In this document: piece by piece, positions 8,202 to 19,700 of the stretch
Layout: every line of letters begins with the position of its first letter
Numbering within the stretch: position 1 is the stretch's first letter
Assembly (NCBI GenBank): GCA_965217585.1
Contig: OZ244561.1
Span: 3,744,001-3,808,000, forward strand
Direction of reading: 5' to 3'
DNA from: Candidatus Latescibacterota bacterium
GTDB lineage: Bacteria; Latescibacterota; UBA2968; UBA8231
Length of the DNA stretch: 64,000 nucleotides
The notes under the pieces: generated by a model
What the model saw: the letters and a program-made list of their open reading frames with translations, nothing else
Databases searched by the model: none
What the model was told of the DNA's origin: nothing
Position numbers and translations under genes: made by a program

Positions 8202-11087
8202 TTGAGTATGCGGTGGCCTATATCCATACTTCGATCTTTCCTCATAGGTGTGATGCTGGTTGGTGCCTTGGTATTTCCGGCGCAGAGTACTGCCCAGCCA
8301 CCAGAAGAGGGAGCCGAACCCACGGCAGGGAAGGGACACTTGCGCTTCCCTGGCTCGCCGTTCGCGGAGCCTGGCAGAGGCTTTCTCAACCGCGGAGTCT
8401 GGCAGGGTTATATAAACTACGGCATTGAACCTTACGAAACCTACACCGTCAGTACCCAGTCCTTCGAAGTTTACGACCGTCTGGGCAATCGGTTGCTGCG
8501 CGGCTATCCGCTCCTAACTTGGCAGGAGAATCGCTCAAAGGAACTCGACCTGCAGGAAAGCAGCATCTTCCGCTCCGCCCAGTACTGGCAGTGGTTCGAC
8601 AACCTCATAGTTTTCCAGGAAGCGCACAAGGGCTGGGCTGCCGGTTTATTCATAGGCGACAAAATCCGCACGACCCTCACTCCCCTCACCGTCAGCCGGC
8701 CGCGCTGGGACGGCCTCCGCCTTGATGCCCGCTCCGCATCCCATGGTTTGACCTTCCTGCTCACCCGGGGGCAGGCAAGGCGCTTTTCCACCTTCCAGTC
8801 GCGCAACGAAATCAATCCCATTCTGCAATACGGGGGACGGTGGTACTCCAGAATCGGCAAGGTGCTGACGGCCGGTTTTACCTTTTTCAACCAGCACCAA
8901 GCCGATATGCTGTCGGACCGGGGGAATTTACTGCGCGGCACCCTGCCCCGCGGCACGGAGGTGCCGACCACGATTTTCGTGCGGGTGCAGGACGACTCGC
9001 CGGAGGACGGGACCCCAGCGCAGGTGTACGCGCTGCACATCTACCTGAGGATTGTGCAGCCCAATGGAACGCGCACCACGCACACCTCGAATCCCGATGC
9101 CGGTCCTGGGGGCACCGAGTATATTCAGGATCTCAGACCCGTAGTGCTGCCCGGAGCGCGGCAGGTCGGAGATTACTACGAGGCCCGGGGCCCCGACGAG
9201 GTGGTGGATTTCGAATTCACCCTACCGCCAGGGGCGGTGGTGGATCGCGCCCGTTTCGAGGCCACGGTCGCCGGGGACTATCGGATCAGCGTGCGCCAGA
9301 AGCACCCCTTCTTCAACAGGGAATTGAGCGAACCAGACTGGGAGGAGCGACAGTGGCCGGCCAATCCCATAACTAGGCTGCACAACGTGGATGGGCGTCC
9401 CGGCTATCCGGTCGATTTCAAACCAGGCGAGACCGAGGCTTTTTTCATCCTCGTGCGCGCCAAAGGCAATCCCGCCACCCCCGGAGCCGATGCCCCTTCC
9501 GAGCAACCTAGGGTCGTTTCGTTTAAATACGGCATCCCCATCGGCCAGACCTTGATCGGGGCGGATTTTGCGATTGAGTCCATGGAGATGGTGGGCCGGG
9601 GAGAGCTGGTCTACAACTGGCAGGAGCACCAGTTCCCTCTCCACAGCGATTCCCTCGCGTTTGCGGGAAAGCACTTCGATACCAGCGCCCTGGCAGGATA
9701 CTTCACCCTCGTGAGGAATTTTGGCCCGCGTCTGCGCCATGGCGAAGTGGCGCTCGAAGTCTTCCGCATCGATCCCGATTACAGCGGCGGGTACGAGAGC
9801 CGGAGAGGGGGCGGGATTTTTTTTACGGACCAGGAGGGGGACTTCGAAACCGTGCGGCGGCAGCGGTTCTATTCCGGTTTTACCCAGGAGTTTGAACTGG
9901 TGGCCGACAACGACGACAATGACGATTGGCCCGACGACTGGCCCAAGGAGGAGGGCCGGTTCCAGCCATTGCAGCCGCAGGTGTACTCGGGTGCCAAGGC
10001 GCACTCGGGAGTGTTCCCGGGACTCGACGAGGACGGCGACAATAGCCCGGATACGGATCGCAACCGCAATGGGATCGCGGACTGGACCGAACCTTTTCTG
10101 CTTTACGACAGCGACCCGCCCGCCTTTGTCTACGGGATCGACTTCAACAACAACGGCATCCCCGACTTCCGCGAAAACGACGCCGAGCCCGACTATCCCT
10201 ATCGGCGCGACAGCAAGGGCTACCATGGCTTTGTCGCCGTCCCCGATCTGGTGCCTTTGTGCAAGCGCCTGACCATCGGCTATTTCTCGATCGGGCAGTT
10301 TGTCGGCGGGGGCGAAGCAAAGGGCCCCTACGCTCGCATCCAGCACCGCTCCCGTCCCCGGCGCTGGCTCGAAGTGGACTTTGACGACAATGTGAAGTAC
10401 GTGCGCGATAGCATCCGGGACGATGTCTACGTTTTCGACATAACACCGGAGGGTGTCAACTCGGGATCGGTGCTGAATCCCCCCCCTGCCGATCCGCTGA
10501 CCATGCGGAAAAGCATTGTAAACACCGGATTGCTCAGACTGGATTCGAGGCCGTGGCGCGATCGCAATCTCAGGCTGCAGGCGCAGATCTTGCATTTTAC
10601 CAACAAGCAACTGGAAGTGGAAGCGAGCGATGGGACGCGCCAGGAATCGGACCGCATCACCCGCCTGACATGGATCGGGCGCGCAGATTACGCCGTCGAC
10701 TGGGGCAAGTCGGATCTGTGGTTCGGGCTAAAATACCTAGCGCGGGAGGGAGACAAAGATAGCCTCGATGAGCCCGAATCCTCGCTGCGCTTCTTTACCC
10801 CCATCTTCCGGCTCAACTACCCGTTCATGGCCAATGTCTCCTTTCAGCTAGGCATGTCCGGTTTCGCCTGGCTGCCCATGCGCTATACCGACAACGTGGA
10901 CGAAGTCAACAGCTACGAGCAGAACTCGACCATCTTGATGATCACCAGTTCCACCGACGATTACCTCGGCTACAGCCTGTCGACCAGTGCGGGGATGCAG
11001 TGGCAGAAGATCGATTTTGACGCAAAAGAAAAATTTTTGGACTCGGATACCTTCGGGTTCTTCGTGGAAACCTTTGCCGGTTTTTAG
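8202..11087 (+). CDS. Exported protein, putative outer-membrane beta-barrel with Asp-rich insert (paralog 1 of 3)
   Basis: Signal peptide; amphipathic C-terminal strands ending FFVETFAGF; block DNDDNDDWPDD...GVFPGLDEDGDNSPDTDRNRNG...GIDFNNNGIPDFRENDAEPDYPY. Confidence 0.7.
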   Translation: MSMRWPISILRSFLIGVMLVGALVFPAQSTAQPPEEGAEPTAGKGHLRFPGSPFAEPGRGFLNRGVWQGYINYGIEPYETYTVSTQSFEVYDRLGNRLLRGYPLLTWQENRSKELDLQESSIFRSAQYWQWFDNLIVFQEAHKGWAAGLFIGDKIRTTLTPLTVSRPRWDGLRLDARSASHGLTFLLTRGQARRFSTFQSRNEINPILQYGGRWYSRIGKVLTAGFTFFNQHQADMLSDRGNLLRGTLPRGTEVPTTIFVRVQDDSPEDGTPAQVYALHIYLRIVQPNGTRTTHTSNPDAGPGGTEYIQDLRPVVLPGARQVGDYYEARGPDEVVDFEFTLPPGAVVDRARFEATVAGDYRISVRQKHPFFNRELSEPDWEERQWPANPITRLHNVDGRPGYPVDFKPGETEAFFILVRAKGNPATPGADAPSEQPRVVSFKYGIPIGQTLIGADFAIESMEMVGRGELVYNWQEHQFPLHSDSLAFAGKHFDTSALAGYFTLVRNFGPRLRHGEVALEVFRIDPDYSGGYESRRGGGIFFTDQEGDFETVRRQRFYSGFTQEFELVADNDDNDDWPDDWPKEEGRFQPLQPQVYSGAKAHSGVFPGLDEDGDNSPDTDRNRNGIADWTEPFLLYDSDPPAFVYGIDFNNNGIPDFRENDAEPDYPYRRDSKGYHGFVAVPDLVPLCKRLTIGYFSIGQFVGGGEAKGPYARIQHRSRPRRWLEVDFDDNVKYVRDSIRDDVYVFDITPEGVNSGSVLNPPPADPLTMRKSIVNTGLLRLDSRPWRDRNLRLQAQILHFTNKQLEVEASDGTRQESDRITRLTWIGRADYAVDWGKSDLWFGLKYLAREGDKDSLDEPESSLRFFTPIFRLNYPFMANVSFQLGMSGFAWLPMRYTDNVDEVNSYEQNSTILMITSSTDDYLGYSLSTSAGMQWQKIDFDAKEKFLDSDTFGFFVETFAGF

Positions 11088-11090
11088 CGC

Positions 11091-13919
11091 ATGTCCAATG
11101 CAGGCCACATTATCGCGGCAATCCTAGTCCTCGAACTGACGACGCTGGTTGGCATCTGCTCGTCCGCCCCTCCAGTCGACGAGGATCGCTTTATTCGCAA
11201 GGCACCGGCCTATCAGAATCTCGGCGTACGGGGATACGAGCGCTATCCCGAATTCACCCAACTCAGGCCGGTTTACAGCCGCATTGGAAGCTACGTGGGA
11301 CACGGCAGTTACCTGGTGCAATGGGACGAGATACGCGAGCGCTACATGGGGGAGAAGATGGAGGCGGGCAACAGCATGCTGGATACCCGGGCCCGGAGCG
11401 TCGTCTTCAAAGACGATCCGGGCCTCAACCCTTTCGGGGGGGTCTCCATGTCCCACGAAGGCTGGAAGGGACGCGGAGCTTCCTTCTTTGTGGGCCGAGG
11501 GCCCATAACCACCTTCAGTTCCCTGATTTTATACCACACGGACTTCAGCGGGGCCCGCATGGATTTTTCCCTGGCTTCCAACGACCTGACCTTGCTGTTC
11601 TCGCGCGGGGGGCTTTCGGAGCGCGGCAGCTTCACCGACTTCGACGGCACTACCAGCGGCATCGTCTCGACCAGTCCGGTGCTGCTCTACGGCGCCAACT
11701 GGCGCGGCAGCTTCGGAGCCCTCGACCTGGGCAGCACCTTCCTGCGCCAGGTTCAGTCGAGCCTCAAAGGGGATCGCGAGACCTTGTTCAGAGGCGATGT
11801 GCCCTACCCCGAGTTGCGCCAGCCCAAAACCATCACCGTGCGGTTTAGCGACGACTCTCCCCGGGATCCGTACGGCACCGCGGTCTACGAGGTGGAGGTC
11901 TTTGTCAAGGCCAGAGAACAAGACCAGATCTACACCAGTTCGAACGAGGCCACAGGTCCCGGCACGATCTACCGGGCCGACCTCGAGCCGGTAGTACCGA
12001 TCCGCAATGCCGGGGATCACTGGGAGGTACAGGGGGCGGGCGCGGCCATCGATTTTGTTTTTTCCCTGCCCGCGGACCTCGAGGCCGAGTGGGTCGAATT
12101 CGCCGCGACCGTGGCGGGCGACTACCGGATCGGGCTGCGCCAGATGCACGACTTTGAAAACCCCAGGTCGGGCGCGATCGAGCAGCGTTCGTGGCCCTCG
12201 CCTCCGACCCGCAACCGTTTCAATATCGACTTCAAGGACAATCCCTACGAAGCCGAGCCGTTCTACACGGTGAAACGAGCGGAGCGCACCCCGGCCCTGG
12301 ACGCAGAGCCCACTGTGGTGCGCTTCCAGCACGCCATCCCTACGGCGCAGACCTTCTACGGGGTCAACGGCCGGATCAATGCCGAAGCCCTTTTCGCAGA
12401 GGCTGAATTCGTCCTCAACCCTCAGGATTTCATCTTCCCGATCAAGGGGGGGAAGCGCCAGAGAGAACTCTCCTACGCCGGCTTCCTGACCCTGAAAAAG
12501 GACCTGAAGGGCATCGGGTTGGGGGCCGAACTCTACCGCATCCAGCCGACCTACGGAGGGTGGTACGACAGCCGGCGCGGCGGGGCGGTGTTCTTTTCCG
12601 ACCTGACTGGAGACGCGACCGCCGGAGAGGCTGCCAACCTCCAGGCTTCGACCCAGGAGTTCTCGCTCTACTCGGACAACGACGACCACGATCCCTGGCC
12701 GGACGACTTCGTGCCGGTGGATTTTCCCTACGTGCCCAAAGGCGCTTTTGAAGGGGTTGAATCTCTGGGCCCCCGCCCCGAAGCCGGTGTCTATCCAGGT
12801 CTGGATATGGACGGCGATCGGGTCTACGACATGGACCTCAACCGCAATGGAGTAGGGGACTGGTTCGAGCCGTTCTTCGCCTACGAAACCGATCCGCCGG
12901 AATTCGTCTACGGCATCGATTTCAACAACAATGGGATGCCCGATTTTCGCGAAAACGACAACGAACCGGACTATCCCTATCGGCGCGACCAGCGCGGCTA
13001 CCACCTCTTCTTTGATCTGAACAGGCGGCCCGACTGGCTGGACCGGGCGGCGGTGGGTCTGTACCGAGCGCGCGAGATCGCGGCGGGAGGGACCAGCCGG
13101 GGGCTCTACGCCCGGGTTGCGGCCCACGCCACCCTCTTGGGCGTTTCCCTGGGCTTGTTCGACGATATCAAGCGAGTCGAAGACGATATCGGCGACGATG
13201 TGTACCGCTTCGTGCTCACCAGCGATACGGATCTGTTCCGCCATTTCAACACCAGCGCCACGTTGCCGCCGCCCGATCCGTTGCTCATGCGCGACAGTGT
13301 GGTCAATACTCTGTTTTTGGAAACCCGCTACACTCCGTTGCGCTACCTAGAAATCGCCAACAACTTTAAATACCTAGTCAACCGGCGGGGAGAGGTACTG
13401 GATCGCCAAGAGGAATTCCTGCAGGATGGGCGCACCCTGCACAATTTCACTATGGTCAACAAGGCGCAGTACTTTCTGCAACCCTTCGAGGCGCTGCAGG
13501 TGGTCTTGCGGGCCAAGCACCTGCTGGTGAAGTGGGACGAGGAAAGCTACAACTTCAGGTACGTGATCTCCGCTCCGAGCGATACCTTGCTGGCCAATCC
13601 CAAGGCTTCGTGGTCGATGATCACACCCAGTTTGAAGGCGCGCTATCACCTCACGCCGCGCACCCGTCTGGAGTACGGCCAGGCCGGCTTTTTCATCCCG
13701 GCGCTGCGGGTTCGCTTCCACGACCGCGAGGACCCGGCCGCCAGTTATACCTCTAATATTTCCATCCTACAGTTGACCATGCAGGGGATTCACCAAGGGT
13801 ATGAGGTGACTACCAACGTCGGCGTGCGGCGAGAGCTGGTCAATTACGACGCGAAGGCAGAGCGCCCTAAAGAGCAATTCAGTGCCTTTTTCGCCGATGT
13901 GGTATTCGGGCTGGAGTAG
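11091..13919 (+). CDS. Exported protein, putative outer-membrane beta-barrel with Asp-rich insert (paralog 2 of 3)
   Basis: Same collinear motifs as paralog 1 (DDSP, AGDYR, SRRGG, DNDD, GIDFNNNG, EPDYPY); ends FFADVVFGLE. Confidence 0.7.
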   Translation: MSNAGHIIAAILVLELTTLVGICSSAPPVDEDRFIRKAPAYQNLGVRGYERYPEFTQLRPVYSRIGSYVGHGSYLVQWDEIRERYMGEKMEAGNSMLDTRARSVVFKDDPGLNPFGGVSMSHEGWKGRGASFFVGRGPITTFSSLILYHTDFSGARMDFSLASNDLTLLFSRGGLSERGSFTDFDGTTSGIVSTSPVLLYGANWRGSFGALDLGSTFLRQVQSSLKGDRETLFRGDVPYPELRQPKTITVRFSDDSPRDPYGTAVYEVEVFVKAREQDQIYTSSNEATGPGTIYRADLEPVVPIRNAGDHWEVQGAGAAIDFVFSLPADLEAEWVEFAATVAGDYRIGLRQMHDFENPRSGAIEQRSWPSPPTRNRFNIDFKDNPYEAEPFYTVKRAERTPALDAEPTVVRFQHAIPTAQTFYGVNGRINAEALFAEAEFVLNPQDFIFPIKGGKRQRELSYAGFLTLKKDLKGIGLGAELYRIQPTYGGWYDSRRGGAVFFSDLTGDATAGEAANLQASTQEFSLYSDNDDHDPWPDDFVPVDFPYVPKGAFEGVESLGPRPEAGVYPGLDMDGDRVYDMDLNRNGVGDWFEPFFAYETDPPEFVYGIDFNNNGMPDFRENDNEPDYPYRRDQRGYHLFFDLNRRPDWLDRAAVGLYRAREIAAGGTSRGLYARVAAHATLLGVSLGLFDDIKRVEDDIGDDVYRFVLTSDTDLFRHFNTSATLPPPDPLLMRDSVVNTLFLETRYTPLRYLEIANNFKYLVNRRGEVLDRQEEFLQDGRTLHNFTMVNKAQYFLQPFEALQVVLRAKHLLVKWDEESYNFRYVISAPSDTLLANPKASWSMITPSLKARYHLTPRTRLEYGQAGFFIPALRVRFHDREDPAASYTSNISILQLTMQGIHQGYEVTTNVGVRRELVNYDAKAERPKEQFSAFFADVVFGLE

Positions 13920-13924
13920 GAACC

Positions 13925-16726
13925 ATGGGCAAAAGTACATGGCAGTGGAAAGTGTTGCAGGCTCTGCTGGGAGTAGCCGTACTGGTCTCCCTAGCCCAGA
14001 GCCAGAGACTGACCCGTGCCGCGCCCGACCGCGGGTTCCTGCACGTGGACAACCCCATTGGTTACCAGAGTTATGCCCTCGAACCCTATGTGCTCTATCC
14101 CTCTTACACGCGCCGGGTGCCGCGCTACGATCGCATGGGCAATTTTCTCACGGTGGGCGAGTTGGCCTACTCGGTGGACGAGGCGCGTCCGGGGCTCAGT
14201 CAGTTCGGGGGCGTGGCGCGCGGCCTGTACGCCCAGCAAATCACGCTCAATTATTCGGTCCAGCGGGACGCCTACAAAGGCGCCGGTTACAGCCTGATGT
14301 TACTGACCGCCAACCCGAACCTGGATGCCCGCCAGCTAGCCGAGGGAGTCCGCACTCGCTTTTCGCCTCTGACCCTCAACACCACCCGCTTCGCCGGGGT
14401 GCGGTTCGATATGCACGGGCTCCGCAACCAGTCCACCTTCATATACAGCCGCGGGGCAGCCGACCGGCTGCGCTTTTCGTTCTTCGCTCCCGGCCGGGAT
14501 GAACGTTCCCCGGTGATCCTCTGGGGCGGCCACTGGCAAAGCTCGATCGGTGCGGCCCTGAAAATAGGCACGACCTTCGTGAACCAGCACCTCACTGATA
14601 CCACAGTCAAGGAGGGCAGCATCTTCCGGGGCAACCTGCCCTACCAGATGCTGCCGCCCAAGAGGATATACGTGCGGGTGACCGATGACTCGCCGGGGGA
14701 TCCGGAGACGGCCGCGGCGGTGTATTCGGTAGCCGTGGTAGTCCACGGCTCCGATGCGGATGGAACCTCCCGCGTCTTGACCAATGACCCGGCCCTCGCC
14801 GGGGAGGGCATCGAGGTCGAGGCGGATATACAGCAGCGCTTTGTCGCTGGCCGGCGGGTCGGAGACCACTACGAGGCCCGCGGCGGGGATGAAATTATCG
14901 AGGTGGAATTCACCATGCCGGGAGACTTCGCGCCCCACAGAGCGGAATTCGTGGCTTCCATGGCTGGCGACTACAGGGTTGGGGTGCGCCAGGTGCATGA
15001 TTATATCAAGGAAGGCAGAACCACGGCGACCGAGAGTTCGTGGCCGGCCACGGCCAACCCGGTCCACTTCGAACGGGCCTTTCTCACCCGGTTCGACCCG
15101 CGCTATCCGACCGATTTCAAGTTTCCCGAACAGGACCCGGTCTACACTGTTCTGCGCGCCAAGGGCAATCAAGGCGACCTGTCCCAGCCCAAGACCTTGC
15201 GCTTCATCTACGGCATGCCCACGGCCCAGACCCTAGCCTCGCTCGATTTCGCCTTCGAGTACCAGGGTTACACCATGGATGGAGAGGTGGCCCTCAACGT
15301 CCAGGACTTCCGCTTCCCGGCGGTGGGGGGCGAGCGCAGCAACCAAGACTACACCGCCTATTTCCTGAAGGGTTCGGGTCCCGTTCCCTTCTTCCCGACC
15401 CGTTTCCGTCTCCAGCTCGGGGCCGAGGTCTTCGCTTTGCCTGCCGCCTACAGCGGCGGCTACGACTCCAAGCGGGGCGGGGCGATCTTCTTCACCGATG
15501 TCGCGCCTTCTCCGCCCGGGGCTCTGACCCAAGAGTTCAACCTCTACGACGACAACGACGACGGCGACCAGTGGCCCGACGAACACCCTAATGACAGCGC
15601 TTTCTCGGAGATCAACGACGCCGGCGTATTCCCGGGCCTGGATGAAGACGGCGACAATATCATCGACACCGACCGCAACGCCAATGGCAGGCCGGACTGG
15701 ACCGAGCCTTTTCTCTTCTTCCACACCGATCCTCCCGAGTTCATCTACGACGTGGATTTTAACAACAATACGCTGCCGGATATGACGGAAAACGATGACG
15801 AGCCGGACTATCCGTATCGCCGGGGCCAACGCGGTTTCCACGGCTTTGTGGATTTTCCCGCTCTGTTCAGGGGCTTAGAGCGCTTGGCTTTCGGACTCTA
15901 CAGGACCGAAGATCCGCGCGCGGGACTCGAAAGCGTGGGACGCTATGTTCGGCTCGACGCGCGCTACACCCATTCCACCTGGGGCTACATCGCTGTGACG
16001 GACGTGTTGAAATGGGTGGAGGACGACATCCCCGATGCCAGCTACATCTGGCAGGTGAGCGACGATCCGACGGTCAATATGCTGGTGGTGCAGAGCAAGG
16101 AGAGGGCCACGGAGGGAGCCCTGCTCGACCTGGTGCCCCCCCGGCCCGATCCCATGCTGATGCGCAACAGCATGGTCAACACTTTGTACATTGAGAGCTT
16201 TTTGACGCCTCTTCCCGGCTTGGCGGTGAAGGGGCGCAACAAACTGGTGCTCAACCGGCGGCACGATGACGAATTCGAGGATGGCAGCAGCCAGAAAAGC
16301 GGCACCGTCCTGCGCTGGACCCTGTCCAATCGCGCCGAGTACACCTACCCGGTGCGGCACAATCTGGTGGCGGGCGTAAGAGCCAAGCACCTGTTCCGCT
16401 GGGATCGGGGTTTCGGCGCTGCCGAGCAGGTGCGCTTTTCCACGCTGGGACCCAGCGCCGACCTCAGCCTGCAGGTGTCGCGCCGCGCGCAACTGGTGCT
16501 GGGACAGGAGGGATGGCCCTTGCTGCCCTTCCGCTTTACGGATCTGTCGGAAAGCGCCAACAATTACCGCCAGCGGACCACGCTGGCGCTGGTGCGGGTG
16601 GACTGGGATTACTGGGGCTGGAAGATGACGGTGGAGAGCGGGATGCAGTGGCAGTCGCGCAAAACAAAGGCCGAGAAGGAACTGGGGGAGAGGACCTTTT
16701 TCCTAGAGGGTTATGTCGGCTTCTGA
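13925..16726 (+). CDS. Exported protein, putative outer-membrane beta-barrel with Asp-rich insert (paralog 3 of 3)
   Basis: Same motifs; ends FFLEGYVGF (terminal Phe). Confidence 0.7.
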   Translation: MGKSTWQWKVLQALLGVAVLVSLAQSQRLTRAAPDRGFLHVDNPIGYQSYALEPYVLYPSYTRRVPRYDRMGNFLTVGELAYSVDEARPGLSQFGGVARGLYAQQITLNYSVQRDAYKGAGYSLMLLTANPNLDARQLAEGVRTRFSPLTLNTTRFAGVRFDMHGLRNQSTFIYSRGAADRLRFSFFAPGRDERSPVILWGGHWQSSIGAALKIGTTFVNQHLTDTTVKEGSIFRGNLPYQMLPPKRIYVRVTDDSPGDPETAAAVYSVAVVVHGSDADGTSRVLTNDPALAGEGIEVEADIQQRFVAGRRVGDHYEARGGDEIIEVEFTMPGDFAPHRAEFVASMAGDYRVGVRQVHDYIKEGRTTATESSWPATANPVHFERAFLTRFDPRYPTDFKFPEQDPVYTVLRAKGNQGDLSQPKTLRFIYGMPTAQTLASLDFAFEYQGYTMDGEVALNVQDFRFPAVGGERSNQDYTAYFLKGSGPVPFFPTRFRLQLGAEVFALPAAYSGGYDSKRGGAIFFTDVAPSPPGALTQEFNLYDDNDDGDQWPDEHPNDSAFSEINDAGVFPGLDEDGDNIIDTDRNANGRPDWTEPFLFFHTDPPEFIYDVDFNNNTLPDMTENDDEPDYPYRRGQRGFHGFVDFPALFRGLERLAFGLYRTEDPRAGLESVGRYVRLDARYTHSTWGYIAVTDVLKWVEDDIPDASYIWQVSDDPTVNMLVVQSKERATEGALLDLVPPRPDPMLMRNSMVNTLYIESFLTPLPGLAVKGRNKLVLNRRHDDEFEDGSSQKSGTVLRWTLSNRAEYTYPVRHNLVAGVRAKHLFRWDRGFGAAEQVRFSTLGPSADLSLQVSRRAQLVLGQEGWPLLPFRFTDLSESANNYRQRTTLALVRVDWDYWGWKMTVESGMQWQSRKTKAEKELGERTFFLEGYVGF

Positions 16727-16741
16727 GCAGGAGGATGGCGG

Positions 16742-19700
16742 ATGTTTGCTTTGTTTGTTCTGATGGTGGGGCTGACGCTGGTAGGCGGGGGACTCACCCG
16801 TTTCAGCCTCACGGTCGACGAGATCAAGAGTCGCTTCGACCTGGCGCAGAAGTACTACGCGGCCAAGGACTACGAGAACGGGGTCACCATTTTCAAGGAA
16901 ATCGTCGAAACCCCCAATCGCGTCATTCTCGAGGTGGATACCATCACGGTGGAGATTGACGATCTCGTACTGCCGGTGCGCATCGCAGCTACCTACCAAG
17001 TGGGCAATAGCCTGCGCAATGTGGGGCTCGACCTGCTGGCGCGCTCGAATTCGGCGCGGGAAGAAGGCGATTCCCTGCTGGCGGAACAGCGGCGGGGAGA
17101 GGCCCTCGAGGCCCTCAAGGCAGCCCGCGAACACTTTTCCGCGATTGTGGCCGACGCAGGCGTGCCGCGCAATGTGCGGGTAATGTCCCAGTACCAGACT
17201 GTGCGGGTAACCTATGCCATGGAGGACTTTCCGGGCGTGGTCGAAGAAGTGGACCAGTTGTTGAGGCAGTTTCCGGGCAACCCGTACGAGGAAGCCGCGC
17301 TTTACGATCTGGGCTGGTCCTACTTCAGGATGGAGGATTACCTCAATTCGATCGCAACCTTCGAACGCGTCCTGGAACGGTCTGCGGATGCTGTGCGCCT
17401 AGATCGCGCTCTTTTCCAGATTGCGGAGGCCCATAGCGCGCTGGCGGCTTATCCAGAAGCTCTGTTCTGGTACCAGAAGCTGGTGGACAAGTACGATTTT
17501 TCCACATTGTCTGCCAAGGATCTCAGGGCCATGCAGACCGCGAAAATCCGGGGGGTGGTACAGGAAACCACGCGCGAACTAGTGGCCAAAGCCCAGATCA
17601 AGCTCGGGGATACCTATGCTCTCCAGGGGCGAGAGGAACAGGCTATCACAGCCTATTCCCTGGTGCCCCGGCGCTACCCCCAGGAAGTGTTTCTCGTCGA
17701 GCAGTCCTACACCCGTCTGGCCCGGCTGATCTTGGAGCGGCGCGGCCTAGATGAAGGGATCAGGGCGTACGAACAGGCCATACAAAGTTCCGCTCGCAAG
17801 GAATTCCAGGCCACCACGCAACTGCAGATTGCCCGCCTGCTCTTCGAAGCGCGGCGCTTCCAGAAGGCCATCATGGCATACCGGGTCTATCTGAAAGCCT
17901 ATGGAGGGGTGGCCCGCATAGTCGGATTTACCGAGGAGAAGGTGATTTTCAAAATCGCTGAGGCCCATCGCGAGCGGGGTCTGGAGATGCTGAAAGAGGA
18001 TGGCGGGGGCGCGCAGGGCGAATTCGAGAACGCCCTGGCGCACTACGACTCCCTGCTGGCGCAGTACGGAGCCAGTCCCCTGACGCCGGATGCCAAGTTC
18101 GGCAAGGGGGTGTGCTATCAGGGCCTCAAGCGGCCGGATTCCGCTCTAGTGTTTTTCCAGGATCTGGTCGAATCCCATCCATCCCACCTAGCTGTTCCCA
18201 GTGCCCTGCTGCAGATCGGCCGCTTGCTCTACCAGGCCGGAGCTTATCCCGGCGCAGCGGTGACCTACGAGCGGCTTATCGCCCAGTACCCGCAATCCGA
18301 ATTGATCGACGATGCGCGCGTGGAACTCGGGGTGGTCTACAAAGCCCAGGAGCGCTTGGGCGAGGCCGTGGTGATTCTCCAGCAGGTCAGCCGCGACTCG
18401 CCCAACTGGGTGAAGGTGCGGGTAGAGATCGGCGATATGCTGACGGCTGCCGGCCGTTACGAGGAGGCGCAGGATGAGCTGGACGGAGCCATAAGCTTGG
18501 CCGGAGACGATTCGGAAGCCATGGCCGCATTGCAGTACATCAAAGGAAAAATTGCCTATTCGCAGAAGAAGTACGCCGAGGCCCTGCCCGCCTTTGGCCT
18601 GGCCATCGACACCGCCGCCAATCAACAGATCATCTCCAGCGGGTTGTTCCTGCGCGGCCTGGCCCACTACGAAGTGGGCCGCCGGATGGATGCGGCCGGC
18701 GACAGCCTCGCCGGGACCCGGAACTTCGAACGTTCCACTCAGGACATGCGCCGGTTGCTGGAGGTAGATATCTCGCTACAGATGCGGAACATCGCCTACC
18801 GGACCCTGGGTACGGCCATGACGCGGCTGGGCCGCTCCGAGGAGACCATAAGGTATTATGCGGAACTCATCGCCAGCACCACCGATGCCCAGGAGCGCGT
18901 GGGGTTCGAACTGCTGCTGCTGGAGCTTTACTACGACCAGCGGCGCTTTGAGGAGGCCATCGAGGTGGGTGAGAAGTTGATACGGGAGGACTTTGAGGAC
19001 AATGACGAGATGGGCTATTTCCTCGTGGAGCGCGCCTACTCGATTCTGGCTTCGGCCCAACTGGAGCGCAAGCGCTATGCCGAGGCCCTAGCCGCCGCGG
19101 GTGTGGGACTGTCCAGGTACCCGCGTTCGGGAGAGCGCGCGTCCATGGCCTTTGTGATCGGCCTGGGACACTACTTCCTCCAGCAATATGCCGAGGCCGT
19201 TGCGGGCTTTGTCAACTACGTCGAGCAATTCCCCCGCGACAGGAGGCAGCTAGAGGGTTGCTACTACGCTGCGCAATGTTATCAAATTCTCGGCGAGTAC
19301 GGGAAAGCAGCGACCTGGTTCCGCAGGGTACTCGATCAATTCGGGCCTTCGGAATACGCGTCGGAAGCCCTCTTCCTCTGTGCCGAGAACCTCTACAATG
19401 CCCTGCAGTTCGAGGCGGCCCTGAACACCTATGAAGAATTGCTCGCCGACTTCCCGCACAGCGAGTATGCCGACGACGCCATGTACTCCTCGGCCTGGGC
19501 GCTCTTCGAATTGAAGAGGATGGAGGAAGGGGTGCAGCGCATGGAGCAATTGGTAGCCGGATTTACCCGCAGCATGCACGCGCCGAGGGCGCAATTCACC
19601 ATAGGCGATTATTACTACAGCATCAAGGATTACCGCAGAGCCCAAGAAGGGTATCGGAAGCTGGTGGATCTGTCTCCGGAGAGCCCCGAGGCCGGCCGGG

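Noticed and set aside
9222-15841. Long antisense ORFs (9222..10610, 11529..13244, 14336..15172, 15233..15841) that resemble each other
   Set aside because: They are shadows of the conserved plus-strand paralogs in GC-rich DNA and show no independent motifs.
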